A stretch of DNA of 64,000 nucleotides from an uncultured Desulfatitalea sp. GTDB taxonomy: Bacteria; Desulfobacterota; Desulfobacteria; Desulfobacterales; Desulfosarcinaceae. The stretch lies in assembly GCA_963668675.2 (NCBI GenBank), contig CAXXMB010000001.1, positions 768,001 through 832,000 on the forward strand. The letters are read 5' to 3'. Position 1 is the stretch's first letter; each line of letters opens with the position of its first letter. The notes beneath the pieces were generated by a model that worked only from the letters and a program-made list of their open reading frames with translations, was not told the origin of the DNA and ran no database searches. Positions 49,536 to 59,879 of the stretch are shown one piece after another. The translations under genes and the position numbers were made by a program.

Positions 49536-50885
49536 ATGGAAAGACTGTTTGGTACTGACGGAATCCGCGGGGTCGCCAATCGTTATCCGATGGATACCGA
49601 AACCGCATTGGCGGTAGGCCGGGCGGTAGCACTCCATTTTGGTGATGCACACCGATCGAAACCACACGTTGTAATCGGTCAGGACACACGTTTATCCGGG
49701 GATATGATTGCCAGGGCAGTTGCTGCGGGGGTTTGTTCGGCGGGTTTTGATGTCATGCCTCTGGATATATTGCCAACACCGGGCATTGCCCACATGGCGA
49801 AAGCGACAGGGGCTGCCGGCGGCATTGTGATTTCGGCGTCTCACAATCCGTATGAGGATAATGGGATAAAAGTCTTTGACGGTAAGGGGTATAAACTGTC
49901 GGAGGAGGCCGAAGCAAATATCGAGGCCATGGCACTGGGCGAAGTCCTGAACCAGGCGCTACCACCGTCGGACAAGGTTGGCAGGGTTCAAAGAATCAGA
50001 GAGCCAGGTGTTCAATATATCCAGTTTCTGAAAAGGGCCCTCAACCATCCTGAGTTCAATTCCCTGAATATTGTTCTTGATTGCGCCAATGGGGCCACAT
50101 ACAAAGTGGCGCCATTGTTATTCCAACAACTGGGTGCCCACATCATTCCACTGTTCTGTGAACCCGACGGAACCAATATCAATGCCGGCTGCGGGTCTCA
50201 GCATCCTGAAATCCTGGCTCAAACGGTGGTGGATCAAAAGGCCGATATCGGTTTGGCGTTTGACGGCGATGGCGATCGCCTCATCGCGGTAGATGAAACC
50301 GGCCGTGTGCTCACCGGTGATCAGATCATGGCCATCTGTGCCAAGGATCTCAATAAAAAAGGGGTGCTTTCGAACAAGCTGGTCGTGAGTACGGTGATGA
50401 GCAATATGGGCCTGGGGGCTGCGCTAAAAGAGATGGGCCTTCGGTGGTGCGCAGCGCAAGTTGGAGATCGTCACGTCATGGAGATGATGAAGGCCGAAGG
50501 GGCTATGTTGGGCGGTGAAGACTCCGGCCACATGATATTTCTAGACACACATACCACTGGAGATGGGATGATGGCCGGTTTGAGGCTGCTGGAGGCCATG
50601 CAATCGGAGAGGCAGCCGCTTTCGCAATTGGCCAGGGTCATGACCGTGTTCCCCCAGGAGCTGATCAATGTGGATGTCAACAGCAAGCCTGAACTAAGTG
50701 GCTTGCCACTCGTTAAAGAGACCATAGCCGATGTGGAAGCGAAACTCGGCGATCGAGGACGGGTGTTGGTGCGCTATTCCGGCACCCAGAATATGTGTCG
50801 GGTGATGGTGGAGGGACCGACCCAAAAAGAGACCCGGAACTATTGCCATCAGATTGCCAATGCGGTCAAACAGGCCATCGGATAA
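49536..50885 (+). CDS. glmM: Phosphoglucosamine mutase
   Basis: LFGTDGIRG, ISASHNP, DGDGDR, GGEDSGH and RYSGT motifs. Confidence 0.95.
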   Translation: MERLFGTDGIRGVANRYPMDTETALAVGRAVALHFGDAHRSKPHVVIGQDTRLSGDMIARAVAAGVCSAGFDVMPLDILPTPGIAHMAKATGAAGGIVISASHNPYEDNGIKVFDGKGYKLSEEAEANIEAMALGEVLNQALPPSDKVGRVQRIREPGVQYIQFLKRALNHPEFNSLNIVLDCANGATYKVAPLLFQQLGAHIIPLFCEPDGTNINAGCGSQHPEILAQTVVDQKADIGLAFDGDGDRLIAVDETGRVLTGDQIMAICAKDLNKKGVLSNKLVVSTVMSNMGLGAALKEMGLRWCAAQVGDRHVMEMMKAEGAMLGGEDSGHMIFLDTHTTGDGMMAGLRLLEAMQSERQPLSQLARVMTVFPQELINVDVNSKPELSGLPLVKETIADVEAKLGDRGRVLVRYSGTQNMCRVMVEGPTQKETRNYCHQIANAVKQAIG

Positions 50886-50968
50886 CAGAAGGGAAAACTC
50901 TCACAAAAAGCAACGGGCTGATGTCGAGGGTGAGTTGCGCTTGTGATGACCCTCATTAAGAAACAAAG

Positions 50969-51010
50969 AAAGCCTCTGGAGCCGAATCTACGTGCACCAG
51001 AGGCTTTTCT
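50969..51010. terminator. Bidirectional terminator-like hairpin
   Basis: AAAGCCTCTGG/CCAGAGGCTTT stem between convergent glmM and the BI-1 gene. Confidence 0.65.
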
Positions 51011-51044
51011 GTTTTAATTTTAAGATGTTTAGATCGCACCAATC

Positions 51045-51746
51045 TTAACGTCGATTGCCCCCCAAGATCATCAGCAGGTACTGGAACATGAGAATAAAAT
51101 CCAGATAGAGCTTCAATGCGCCGATGATCGCACCTTTTCGCACAACCCCGGCATCCAGTCCGGCCGGTTGGCTCAGTGCCATGGCCTTGATCTGCTGGGT
51201 GTCATAGGCGGTCAGGCCGGCGAACACCAGTACGCCGATATAGCTGATGATCATCAGCATACCGTATGAGCCGATAAAGATATTGACTACCGATGCGATA
51301 AGTATCCCGATGACGCCCATGAAAAGAAAGCTTCCAAGGCCGGTCAGGTCGCGTTTGGTGGTCCAGCCGTAGATGCTGAGGGCGAGGAACATCGCTGCAC
51401 AAATGAAGAAGGTCGAGGCGATTGTCTCACCGGTATACATGATCAATAACAGTGACAGTGTCGCACCGTTTAGTGCGCTGTAGACCATGAACATTCCTGT
51501 TGCTGTGGTTGCTTGAAGCTTCTGGATGCGCGCGGAAAGGATGAACACCAGCGCCAGTTCGCCGATGAAAAAGAGCCAACGTGCTTGATAGACAAATTTG
51601 AGTGCCGACTCATTGTGGGTCACAAAATAGGCCACAACGCCGGTAAGGGCCAATCCAAGGGCCATCCAGTTATAAACGCCGCGAACGAATGCGTTAACTC
51701 GGGTTTTAACCTCAGTTTGAGTCATGGAGTACGGTTGGGGCTGCAT
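51045..51746 (-). CDS. Bax inhibitor-1/YccA family membrane protein
   Basis: About 7 TMs; GLTAYDTQ and LYLDF motifs; AGGAGG RBS. Confidence 0.9.
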   Translation of the reverse strand: MQPQPYSMTQTEVKTRVNAFVRGVYNWMALGLALTGVVAYFVTHNESALKFVYQARWLFFIGELALVFILSARIQKLQATTATGMFMVYSALNGATLSLLLIMYTGETIASTFFICAAMFLALSIYGWTTKRDLTGLGSFLFMGVIGILIASVVNIFIGSYGMLMIISYIGVLVFAGLTAYDTQQIKAMALSQPAGLDAGVVRKGAIIGALKLYLDFILMFQYLLMILGGNRR

Positions 51747-51924
51747 GAAAGAATCCTCCTCTTTGCGTTTTTGAACTGGCGTCAATATAAACACAACTTT
51801 CTTTCATTACAAGGGGAAAGCTGTTATAGATTCTTTCAATCTTCAGTGCTGCCGATGCTCGATTTTTAAAGGAATTCAGTTCAATTATGGCGATGCGTCA
51901 TGCTTGCGTGTTTGGGGGGACGGA

Positions 51925-52242
51925 ATGAAACCCGAGCAACTCTATCAGGAATTGAAGCACCTGGCTGAAAAGTTAAACCTGACCGTTTCAGAACAGAATT
52001 TTCGTAACACCGGTATCCATGTCAAAAGCGGATACTGCAAAGTCAAGGGAGAGGATCATTGCATCATCGACAAACACCTTCGTGTGAATCAAAAGATGGA
52101 GGTGTTGGGAGAGTGCCTCTGCGCGTTGCCCCATGAAACGATTTATGTCATTCCAGCGGTGAGAGAGTACATTGATCGCTTCAAGTCGTTCAGCGAGACC
52201 CACGGGGAGTCCGATAGTGAGGATCAGCAACCTTCTGATTAA
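51925..52242 (+). CDS. Conserved-looking hypothetical protein
   Basis: 105-aa ORF (SGYCKVKG..IIDK) with a G-rich RBS. Confidence 0.7.
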   Translation: MKPEQLYQELKHLAEKLNLTVSEQNFRNTGIHVKSGYCKVKGEDHCIIDKHLRVNQKMEVLGECLCALPHETIYVIPAVREYIDRFKSFSETHGESDSEDQQPSD

Positions 52243-52243
52243 A

Positions 52244-52271
52244 AGTTTACATAATATATCTTATCAGACAC
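52244..52271 (-). other. dif: Chromosomal dif site (XerC/XerD recombination site)
   Basis: Minus strand reads GTGTCTGATAA-GATATA-TTATGTAAACT, an 11-6-11 layout matching E. coli dif GGTGCGCATAA-TGTATA-TTATGTTAAAT. Intergenic, with converging KOPS. Confidence 0.85.
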
Positions 52272-52348
52272 TAGTGATATTATCATTAGATCCACGAAAA
52301 ACTTTCTATTTTTAATCTATTCCCATAATTCCCAGGCCATGCATCGGA

Positions 52349-53695
52349 GTGCGACAATTGGATCACGAAAACAGTCATGCCTCCAGACAGATTTTCACTG
52401 TCTCCCAATTGACCAAGAAAATTAAATCGCTACTTGAGAAAAACTTCTCTATGATATGGATATCTGGAGAAGTTTCAAACCTGAGAATGCCGTCATCAGG
52501 ACACTCCTATTTCACTTTAAAAGATGAAAAGGCTCAAATTCCCTCCGTGATGTTTCGTGGCCAGCTTCGTCAACTACGGTTCGAGCTCGAAGATGGAATA
52601 AATATTATCGGTTTGGGGCGCATCAGCGTGTATGAGCCGCGAGGGAGTTATCAAATCATACTTGAGTACGCCGAGCCCAAAGGTGCGGGAGCGTTGCAAC
52701 TCGCTTTCGAGCAGACCAAGCAAAAGCTGGCCGCGGAAGGCCTGTTCGATGCCGAGCGTAAAAAGCCTTTACCTTTTTTGCCCCATACCGTTTGCGTCAT
52801 CACCTCGCCCACTGGCGCTGCGATTCAAGACATTTTGAACATTATCTTGCGACGGTTTTCAACAATCTGCATCAAGGTACTGCCGGTCCGTGTGCAGGGT
52901 GCCGCTGCTCCTGATGAGATCGTTGCTGCGCTTCAGCTTGCCAAACAGAAAATAGTGCCGGATGTAATCATTTTGGCAAGGGGGGGCGGCTCTATAGAAG
53001 ATCTGGCCGCTTTCAATTCAGAATCTGTTGCAAGGGCCATCTATGAGTCTGATATCCCAATCGTATCAGCCATCGGCCATGAAACAGATTTTACCATAGC
53101 GGACTTCGTGTCAGATGTTAGAGCGCCCACTCCATCGGCAGCCGCAGAACTCGTTGCGCCAGTGAAAGTCGAGCTTTTGTCCCGCTGTCTGGAGTTGAGG
53201 CAGCGTTGCTATAAATCGATCTCACAGATCGTTTCAGCCTATGAGGGGAGACTTGATCGGCTGCTGCGGGGCATGGTTCATCCTGTTAAAAAGGTCGAGG
53301 CGTTTCAGCAGCGCATCGATGAAATGCTGGGGCGACTTGGGAGGGCGAAAAGTGGGTTGATACGCGATCAGCACGCAAAATTGAACGAGATTCACTTCAG
53401 GTTGAAAAACTGTGCCCCTTCGTCGCATCTTCAAAAGATTCGATCGAAAGTTGAATTATTGTTATTCAGGATATTGAAATCTAATGAAAAGTACAATCTT
53501 TCCCTTCATGATCATCTTGGTGGGCTGAATGCCAAACTGCGCACTCTCAATCCCAAGGCTGTTTTAGAGCGTGGGTATAGTATTACGAGATGTTTGCCCG
53601 ATCTGGAGGTCGTAATGGACGCAAGCGAGGTGCAAAGTGGCCAATCGTTGGAAATCCTGCTTGCTAAAGGAAAGATCAAAGCCAAAAGCGAATGA
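52349..53695 (+). CDS. xseA: Exodeoxyribonuclease VII large subunit
   Basis: GEVSN, SGHSYFTLKD, RGGGSIEDL, GHETD and TPSAAAE motifs. Confidence 0.95.
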   Translation: MRQLDHENSHASRQIFTVSQLTKKIKSLLEKNFSMIWISGEVSNLRMPSSGHSYFTLKDEKAQIPSVMFRGQLRQLRFELEDGINIIGLGRISVYEPRGSYQIILEYAEPKGAGALQLAFEQTKQKLAAEGLFDAERKKPLPFLPHTVCVITSPTGAAIQDILNIILRRFSTICIKVLPVRVQGAAAPDEIVAALQLAKQKIVPDVIILARGGGSIEDLAAFNSESVARAIYESDIPIVSAIGHETDFTIADFVSDVRAPTPSAAAELVAPVKVELLSRCLELRQRCYKSISQIVSAYEGRLDRLLRGMVHPVKKVEAFQQRIDEMLGRLGRAKSGLIRDQHAKLNEIHFRLKNCAPSSHLQKIRSKVELLLFRILKSNEKYNLSLHDHLGGLNAKLRTLNPKAVLERGYSITRCLPDLEVVMDASEVQSGQSLEILLAKGKIKAKSE

Positions 53696-53777
53696 TGGCG
53701 TCAAATAGGGTAAACGAAAAGATTGGGATCTGATACGTGCAAAACATGACAAATAAAAAGATGCAAGGACGGCACGA

Positions 53778-54023
53778 ATGAGCAAACTATCATTTGAAAA
53801 GGCACTCGAGCGGCTGGAATCCATTGTTCAGGAGATGGAATCGGGTGAATTATCGCTTGAAAATGCTTTAAAAAAGTTTGAAGAAGGGGTGAAGCTGTCG
53901 CATTTTTGCACCCAAAAACTGAATGAAACTGAAAAGAAAATTACACTATTAATGGAACAGAGCGACGGAACCGTGGTTGAGAAGCCTTTCGGCGAAACGG
54001 ATCAGGATGAGATAGATGGCTGA
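53778..54023 (+). CDS. xseB: Exodeoxyribonuclease VII small subunit
   Basis: SFEKALERLESIV...FEEG; conserved xseA-xseB-ispA-dxs order. Confidence 0.93.
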   Translation: MSKLSFEKALERLESIVQEMESGELSLENALKKFEEGVKLSHFCTQKLNETEKKITLLMEQSDGTVVEKPFGETDQDEIDG

Positions 54024-54930
54024 GCCTGCTAAAGCCACATTCAAGCTCAAAGCCTATCTTGCCTCACAACGGCAGGTGGTGAACAGCGCCCTGAATAGAC
54101 ATCTGTCTCACCTACCAGATTCGTCCAAAATGACTGCCCCCATCACCTACGCATTATCGGCTGCCGGAAAACGGGTGCGGCCTATTCTTTGCCTGGCTGC
54201 ATGCAGCGCGGTCGGGGGAGCGTCCGAAATGGCACTGCCCGCAGCCTGTGCTTTGGAAATGATCCACACCTACTCCCTGATCCATGACGACCTCCCGGCT
54301 CTGGATAACGATGACCTCAGGCGCGGAAAACCGACCTGCCATGTACAGTTTGACGAGGCCACCGCCATTTTAACCGGTGACGCGCTATTGAACATGGCGT
54401 TCGAGACACTCTCTATAGCCGGTGCAGAACAGCCGTCCTCGAACGCTCAACTATGGATAGAGGTCGTCCGGATCATCTCAAAAGCCTCAGGTTGCCTCGG
54501 GATGATAGAGGGCCAAGCCAGGGATCTTTCGTATGAGGGTGTCAGGATCGGTCAGAGGCGATTAGAAGAGATGCATCGAATGAAAACCGGTGCTTTGATC
54601 GAAGCGGCCGTCCACGCCGGAGCCGTGTTGGGACGTGGCAGCGATGTTCAGATCGAAGGGTTGAAAACCTATGCCAACCATATCGGACTCGCCTTTCAGG
54701 TCAAGGACGATATTCTCAATATTCAAGGTGATCCGGATGTTTTGGGAAAAGCGGTGGGAACGGATGAATCCAGACAAAAAAACACCTACCCTGCCCTTCT
54801 GGGCCTTGAACCATCAAAGGCCTATGCTTTACAGCTCATAGCAGATGCCTTGCGGGCACTGGATATTTTTGATAACAACGCAGACCCCTTGCGGGCCATT
54901 GCACAATACATCGTGGATCGAGAACGATAG
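54016..54930 (+). CDS. ispA: Farnesyl diphosphate synthase
   Basis: GKRVRP, SLIHDDLPALDNDDLRRG and FQVKDD motifs. Confidence 0.93.
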   Translation: MAEPAKATFKLKAYLASQRQVVNSALNRHLSHLPDSSKMTAPITYALSAAGKRVRPILCLAACSAVGGASEMALPAACALEMIHTYSLIHDDLPALDNDDLRRGKPTCHVQFDEATAILTGDALLNMAFETLSIAGAEQPSSNAQLWIEVVRIISKASGCLGMIEGQARDLSYEGVRIGQRRLEEMHRMKTGALIEAAVHAGAVLGRGSDVQIEGLKTYANHIGLAFQVKDDILNIQGDPDVLGKAVGTDESRQKNTYPALLGLEPSKAYALQLIADALRALDIFDNNADPLRAIAQYIVDRER

Positions 54931-54949
54931 ATTTCAGGAGTAACATACG

Positions 54950-56866
54950 TTGAGTTTACTCGAAGGCATAGAGTCTCCGGCCGATCTGAAACAGTTGCCA
55001 CGTCAAAAGCTTCCGGATCTGGCAGCGGAGATTCGACGCATCATCGTTGACGTGGTCTCCAAAAACGGAGGACATCTGGCGTCAAGCCTTGGTGCGGTCG
55101 AACTGGCTATCGCGATCCACTACGTGTTTGACACCCCTCGGGACAAGGTGGTGTGGGATGTCGGTCACCAAGCCTACGCGCACAAGCTACTCACAGGTCG
55201 GCGCAGCTGCTTCAATTCATTGAGACAGCATGGCGGCCTTTCCGGTTTTACCAAACGCAGCGAAAGCGTTTACGATAGCTTCACCACTGGGCACAGCAGT
55301 ACTTCGATATCAGCCGCCTTGGGTATGGTTTGCGCCAATCGTCTGAGGGAAAAGAGCTCCAAGGTGGTGGCCGTTATCGGCGATGGATCGATGACCGCAG
55401 GCCTGGCCTACGAAGCGCTCAACCAGGCCGGGGATCTTCACAAGGACCTCATCGTCATCCTGAATGACAACGATATGTCCATTGCACGCAACGTCGGAGC
55501 CGTATCGTCCCTGTTAAGTCGCACCTTCTCGGACCAGCGCTTGCAGACGTGGCGCAAGGAGTTTGGTGAGTTTCTCAAATCACTGCCCAAAATCGGCGAC
55601 AACATTTACCACTGGGCCAAGCGATCCGAAGAGTCCTTTAAATCATTCGTTACACCGGGCATGCTGTTCGAGGCGTTTAACTTCGACTATTTTGGTCCCA
55701 TCAACGGTCACAACCTGAACCACCTGATATCCATCCTGCAGAACATTAAAACATTGAAAGACCCTGTGCTGCTGCATGTCACAACGACCAAGGGCAAGGG
55801 GTACGCCCAGGCAGAGAAGAATCCCGTCTATTTCCACGGTGTCGGCTGTTTTGATGTCGCAACAGGAAACAGCACTGCGCCCGAGTGTATCACCCCCACG
55901 TACACATCGGTTTTCGGCAATTTCATGGTCAAGCTGGCCCGGGAAAACGAGAAAGTGGTCGCAGTGACAGCCGCCATGCCCGAAGGAACCGGGTTGGCCA
56001 AATTTGCCCAAAAATTTCCAGACCGGTTCTTCGATGTGGGTATTGCAGAACAGCACGGCGTTACCTTTGCGGCCGGGATGGCGACAGAGGGATTCCGACC
56101 TGTGGTGGCGATCTACTCGACCTTCCTTCAGCGAGCCTTCGACCAAATTGTCCACGACGTCTGCATCGAACGCCTCCCGTTGGTTTTCGCCATAGACCGC
56201 GGAGGCCTGGTAGGTGAAGACGGACCCACTCACCATGGCCAGTTCGACCTCTCCTATTTGCGCAGTCTGCCCAATATGGTGGTGATGGCACCCAAGGACG
56301 AAAATGAGCTTTGCCGCATGATGGCTACCGCCATAAAACACGACGGCCCCATAGCGATAAGGTATCCAAGGGGAATGGGCGTCGGCGTACCCATAGAGGA
56401 GAGCCCTGAACCGCTGATCATTGGCAAATCCGAGATTCTGACCCGGGGAGACGACCTGCTCATACTGGCGATCGGAAATATGGTGTCCACTGCAATGGCG
56501 GCAAGAGAATCGCTTGAGGCGGAAGGCGTTCACGCCACGCTCGTCAACTGCCGATTCGTCAAACCATTGGACACGACCACCATAACCCGCCTGGTCCGAA
56601 AGATTCCCTTCGTGATTACCATAGAGGAGAATACCCTTACCGGAGGATTTGGAAGCGCGGTGATCGAGACGCTCTGCGACGAAGCCGTCAATCCGTTTTT
56701 TATTAAGCGCATCGGCCTTCCAGATCGCTTTGTCGAGCACGGATCGGCATCGGTATTACGCTCGACATACGGCTTAGATCGGCAGAGTATCGTCGATGCC
56801 GCGAGGGAACTTTTTGAACAACATGCGCCATCTAAAAACATCAGTGTGCTGGCACGGCACAAGTAA
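54950..56866 (+). CDS. dxs: 1-deoxy-D-xylulose-5-phosphate synthase
   Basis: WDVGHQ, GHSSTSIS, GDG, IAEQH and DGPTHHG motifs. Confidence 0.96.
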   Translation: MSLLEGIESPADLKQLPRQKLPDLAAEIRRIIVDVVSKNGGHLASSLGAVELAIAIHYVFDTPRDKVVWDVGHQAYAHKLLTGRRSCFNSLRQHGGLSGFTKRSESVYDSFTTGHSSTSISAALGMVCANRLREKSSKVVAVIGDGSMTAGLAYEALNQAGDLHKDLIVILNDNDMSIARNVGAVSSLLSRTFSDQRLQTWRKEFGEFLKSLPKIGDNIYHWAKRSEESFKSFVTPGMLFEAFNFDYFGPINGHNLNHLISILQNIKTLKDPVLLHVTTTKGKGYAQAEKNPVYFHGVGCFDVATGNSTAPECITPTYTSVFGNFMVKLARENEKVVAVTAAMPEGTGLAKFAQKFPDRFFDVGIAEQHGVTFAAGMATEGFRPVVAIYSTFLQRAFDQIVHDVCIERLPLVFAIDRGGLVGEDGPTHHGQFDLSYLRSLPNMVVMAPKDENELCRMMATAIKHDGPIAIRYPRGMGVGVPIEESPEPLIIGKSEILTRGDDLLILAIGNMVSTAMAARESLEAEGVHATLVNCRFVKPLDTTTITRLVRKIPFVITIEENTLTGGFGSAVIETLCDEAVNPFFIKRIGLPDRFVEHGSASVLRSTYGLDRQSIVDAARELFEQHAPSKNISVLARHK

Positions 56867-56877
56867 GCCTTTTTGGC

Positions 56878-57627
56878 ATGCCCGTTAAAAAACGTTTGGA
56901 CATTTTGCTGGTCGATAAAGGATTGGTTGCCACCCGTCCGAGGGCCAAAGCGTTGATCATGGCCGGTAAAATCCTTGTGGACGGACAGCCCAGCGACAAA
57001 CCCGGAGTGGCGATCTCCGTCGACGCGTCGATCGACGTCAAAGGGGAGGATCTCCCCTATGTGAGCCGGGGCGGACTGAAATTGGCAGCTGCATTAGAAT
57101 CGCTCTCCCTTGAGATCGACCAGTGGGTATGCCTCGATGTGGGTGCTTCAACCGGAGGTTTTACCGATTGCATGTTGCAGCGCGGGGCCAAACGGGTCTA
57201 TGCGGTCGATGTGGGATACGGTCAACTGGCCTGGTCGCTGCGCCAGGATCCGCGCGTAATCCCTATTGAACGCACCAACATCCGCCATATGGCTCAGGAT
57301 CGCTTACCAGAACCGGTCGACCTCGCAACCATCGACGCCTCGTTTATCTCTTTGAAAATCGTCGTACCGGCCGTAAAAAAATTCCTGAAGCCCGATGGAC
57401 GCATCCTGGCATTGATCAAGCCCCAGTTTGAAGTCGGTAGAGGGCAGGTTGGCAAGGGGGGCGTGGTGAAAGATCCGCAGCTTCATCATGCGGTGATCGA
57501 AGCGTTAACCGATTATTTTATAAAGCAGGGGTTTACATGTGGTCCGGTTGTGCCATCGCCCATTCTTGGTCCGAAGGGCAACCGGGAATTCGTCATTCTG
57601 CTGTCCGGAAGTGATTCTGTTTTATAA
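56878..57627 (+). CDS. tlyA: TlyA rRNA 2'-O-methyltransferase
   Basis: S4 domain; YVSRGGLKL, DVGASTGGFTD, KPQFE and GNRE motifs. Confidence 0.94.
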   Translation: MPVKKRLDILLVDKGLVATRPRAKALIMAGKILVDGQPSDKPGVAISVDASIDVKGEDLPYVSRGGLKLAAALESLSLEIDQWVCLDVGASTGGFTDCMLQRGAKRVYAVDVGYGQLAWSLRQDPRVIPIERTNIRHMAQDRLPEPVDLATIDASFISLKIVVPAVKKFLKPDGRILALIKPQFEVGRGQVGKGGVVKDPQLHHAVIEALTDYFIKQGFTCGPVVPSPILGPKGNREFVILLSGSDSVL

Positions 57628-57730
57628 TCAAGGTTTTTTGCCCTTGATTTTTTCAGGTTGCCTGTATATCAATAAAAATTTTAACAGAACCCCCACATAT
57701 ATGCTTAGAGAGGAGCAAGAGTGATCGAAA

Positions 57731-59800
57731 ATGGCAGATAAGCTGAGAAACATCGCCCTTGTCGCCCATGGTGGTGCGGGCAAAACATCGATTGCAGAGG
57801 CTATACTGTTCAAGACGGGCATCACAACCCGGCAGGGTCGTACCGAAGATGGCAATACGTTCATGGACTTTGAGCCCGAAGAGCTGAAGCGTCAAACGAG
57901 CATTAACACCAGCTTTGCTCAAGTTCCCTGGAAAAAACACGCCATTAACATCATCGACACGCCGGGTGACCAGAATTTTTTCACCGATACGAAACTGTGC
58001 ATGCAGGCGGCCGATGCCGTGGTCGTGGTGATCGATGCCGTGGACGGTGTGAAGGTTCAGACGGAGCAGGCGTTTGAATTTGCAAAGGATTTCAACCAGC
58101 CGGCCGCCATTTTCATCAACAAACTGGATCGTGAGCGCGCTGATTTCCAACGCACCTTTCAGGACGCCACCGAATCGTTCGAGTCCCCCAAACCGATCAT
58201 TATACAGTTGCCCGTGGGCACAGAAGCAGAATTCAAGGGGGTGATCGATCTTGTTTCCATGAAAGCTTATCTCTACGACGACAAGGGGAATGCAAATGAG
58301 GCGGCTATTCCCGATGATATGAAAGATGAGGCGGATTCAGAACGTGAAGCCATGATCGAGAATATTGCCGAGGCGGACGACGCCTTGATCGAAAAGTACC
58401 TTGAAGGTGAAACGATCAGCGATGACGAAATAAAGGCAACGCTGCGAAAAGGGGTTCTCTCTCGAACGTTCGTACCGGTGTTGTGTGGATCGGCCACCAA
58501 AAACATCGGCGTGGACCTGCTGATGGACTTCGCGATCAACTGCCTCCCCTCCCCTCTGGATATTCCGGCTCGCAAATGCTTCAGCCTGGCTGATAAGAGC
58601 GAAGGTGAGTGTGCGCCAGATCCGGATGCGCCATTCACCGGATTTGTTTTTAAAACCGTTGCCGATCCTTACGCCGGCCGTCTCTCAATATTTCGAGTGG
58701 TAAGTGGCACACTGTCAGGCGACGGAAATATTTACAACGCAACCAAAGAGGCCAAAGAGCGCTACAATCAACTGTTGACCATCATGGGCAAAGAACAGAA
58801 ACCGGTCAACGAAGCTGGCCCCGGGGCCATTGTCGCCGTTGCCAAACTCAAAGAGACCACCACAGGGGACACCCTGTGCGCCGATAACAAAAAGGTGACC
58901 TTCGAGTTGGCCTCTTCCATACCGACACTCATCACCTTCGCCCTTGAACCCAAATCCAAGGGGGATGAAGACAAGATCTTCTCATCGCTCAACAAGCTGC
59001 TCGAAGAGGATCGGGGGCTGAAAATCGATCGCAATTCGGAGACCAAGGAGATCCTCCTCTCCGGATCCGGCCAGGTCCATATCGAGGCGACGATCGAGAA
59101 ACTGAAACGTAAATATAATGTAGAGGTCAACCTCAAAGCGCCCAAGGTACCCTACCGTGAGACCTTCAAGAAAAAAGTTCGTGTTCAGGGACGCCATAAA
59201 AAGCAGACCGGTGGCCATGGTCAGTTTGGGGATTGCTGGATTCAAATGGAGCCGATGCCTCGCGGCGGCGGGTTTGAATTCGTTGACGCCATTGTTGGCG
59301 GTGTGATTCCGAAAACCTATATCCCGGCAGTCGAGAAGGGGATTATCGAATCGTCTAAAAAAGGCGTTTTGGCCGGCTTCCCGACGGTCGATTTCAGGGT
59401 TACCCTCGATGACGGCTCCTACCATGCGGTCGACAGCTCTGAAATGGCCTTTAAAGTCGCCGGCAGCCTGGCCTTTAAAAAAGCGGCCGAGCAGGCCGGC
59501 CCCGTCCTCCTGGAGCCCATCATGAAGGTTAAGATCACCACGCCAGATGAGTTTATGGGAGACATCATGGGTGATCTTAACGGCAGGCGCGGCCGGGTGC
59601 TCGGCATGGACAGTGCAGGCAAGTACCAGGTGATCAACGCAGAGGTCCCCATGGCGGAGTTTCTCACCTACGCTCCGGATCTACGTTCCATGACAGGCGG
59701 ACGCGGCATCTTTTCCATGGAGTTTGAGCGTTACGACGAAGTGCCGGCCCAGATCGCCGAAAAGCTATTGGTAGAGCTCAAAAGTGGTCAGGACGAATAA
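57731..59800 (+). CDS. fusA: Elongation factor G paralog (EF-G II type)
   Basis: Full EF-G architecture with divergent G motifs (AHGGAGKTS, RQTSI, DTPGD, NKLD); outside the str operon. Confidence 0.9.
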   Translation: MADKLRNIALVAHGGAGKTSIAEAILFKTGITTRQGRTEDGNTFMDFEPEELKRQTSINTSFAQVPWKKHAINIIDTPGDQNFFTDTKLCMQAADAVVVVIDAVDGVKVQTEQAFEFAKDFNQPAAIFINKLDRERADFQRTFQDATESFESPKPIIIQLPVGTEAEFKGVIDLVSMKAYLYDDKGNANEAAIPDDMKDEADSEREAMIENIAEADDALIEKYLEGETISDDEIKATLRKGVLSRTFVPVLCGSATKNIGVDLLMDFAINCLPSPLDIPARKCFSLADKSEGECAPDPDAPFTGFVFKTVADPYAGRLSIFRVVSGTLSGDGNIYNATKEAKERYNQLLTIMGKEQKPVNEAGPGAIVAVAKLKETTTGDTLCADNKKVTFELASSIPTLITFALEPKSKGDEDKIFSSLNKLLEEDRGLKIDRNSETKEILLSGSGQVHIEATIEKLKRKYNVEVNLKAPKVPYRETFKKKVRVQGRHKKQTGGHGQFGDCWIQMEPMPRGGGFEFVDAIVGGVIPKTYIPAVEKGIIESSKKGVLAGFPTVDFRVTLDDGSYHAVDSSEMAFKVAGSLAFKKAAEQAGPVLLEPIMKVKITTPDEFMGDIMGDLNGRRGRVLGMDSAGKYQVINAEVPMAEFLTYAPDLRSMTGGRGIFSMEFERYDEVPAQIAEKLLVELKSGQDE

Positions 59801-59827
59801 AAAAGGATAAGGAAAAACCGGCAATAT

Positions 59828-59872
59828 AAAAAAGAGCCGAAACACCCCTACAGGCGTTTCGGCTCTTTTTTT
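59828..59872. terminator. Bidirectional intrinsic terminator
   Basis: AAAAAAGAGCCGAAAC/GTTTCGGCTCTTTTTT stem between convergent genes. Confidence 0.85.
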
Positions 59873-59879
59873 ATCGATT

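Noticed and set aside
55643..56740. 365-aa minus-strand ORF
   Set aside because: Antisense shadow of dxs.
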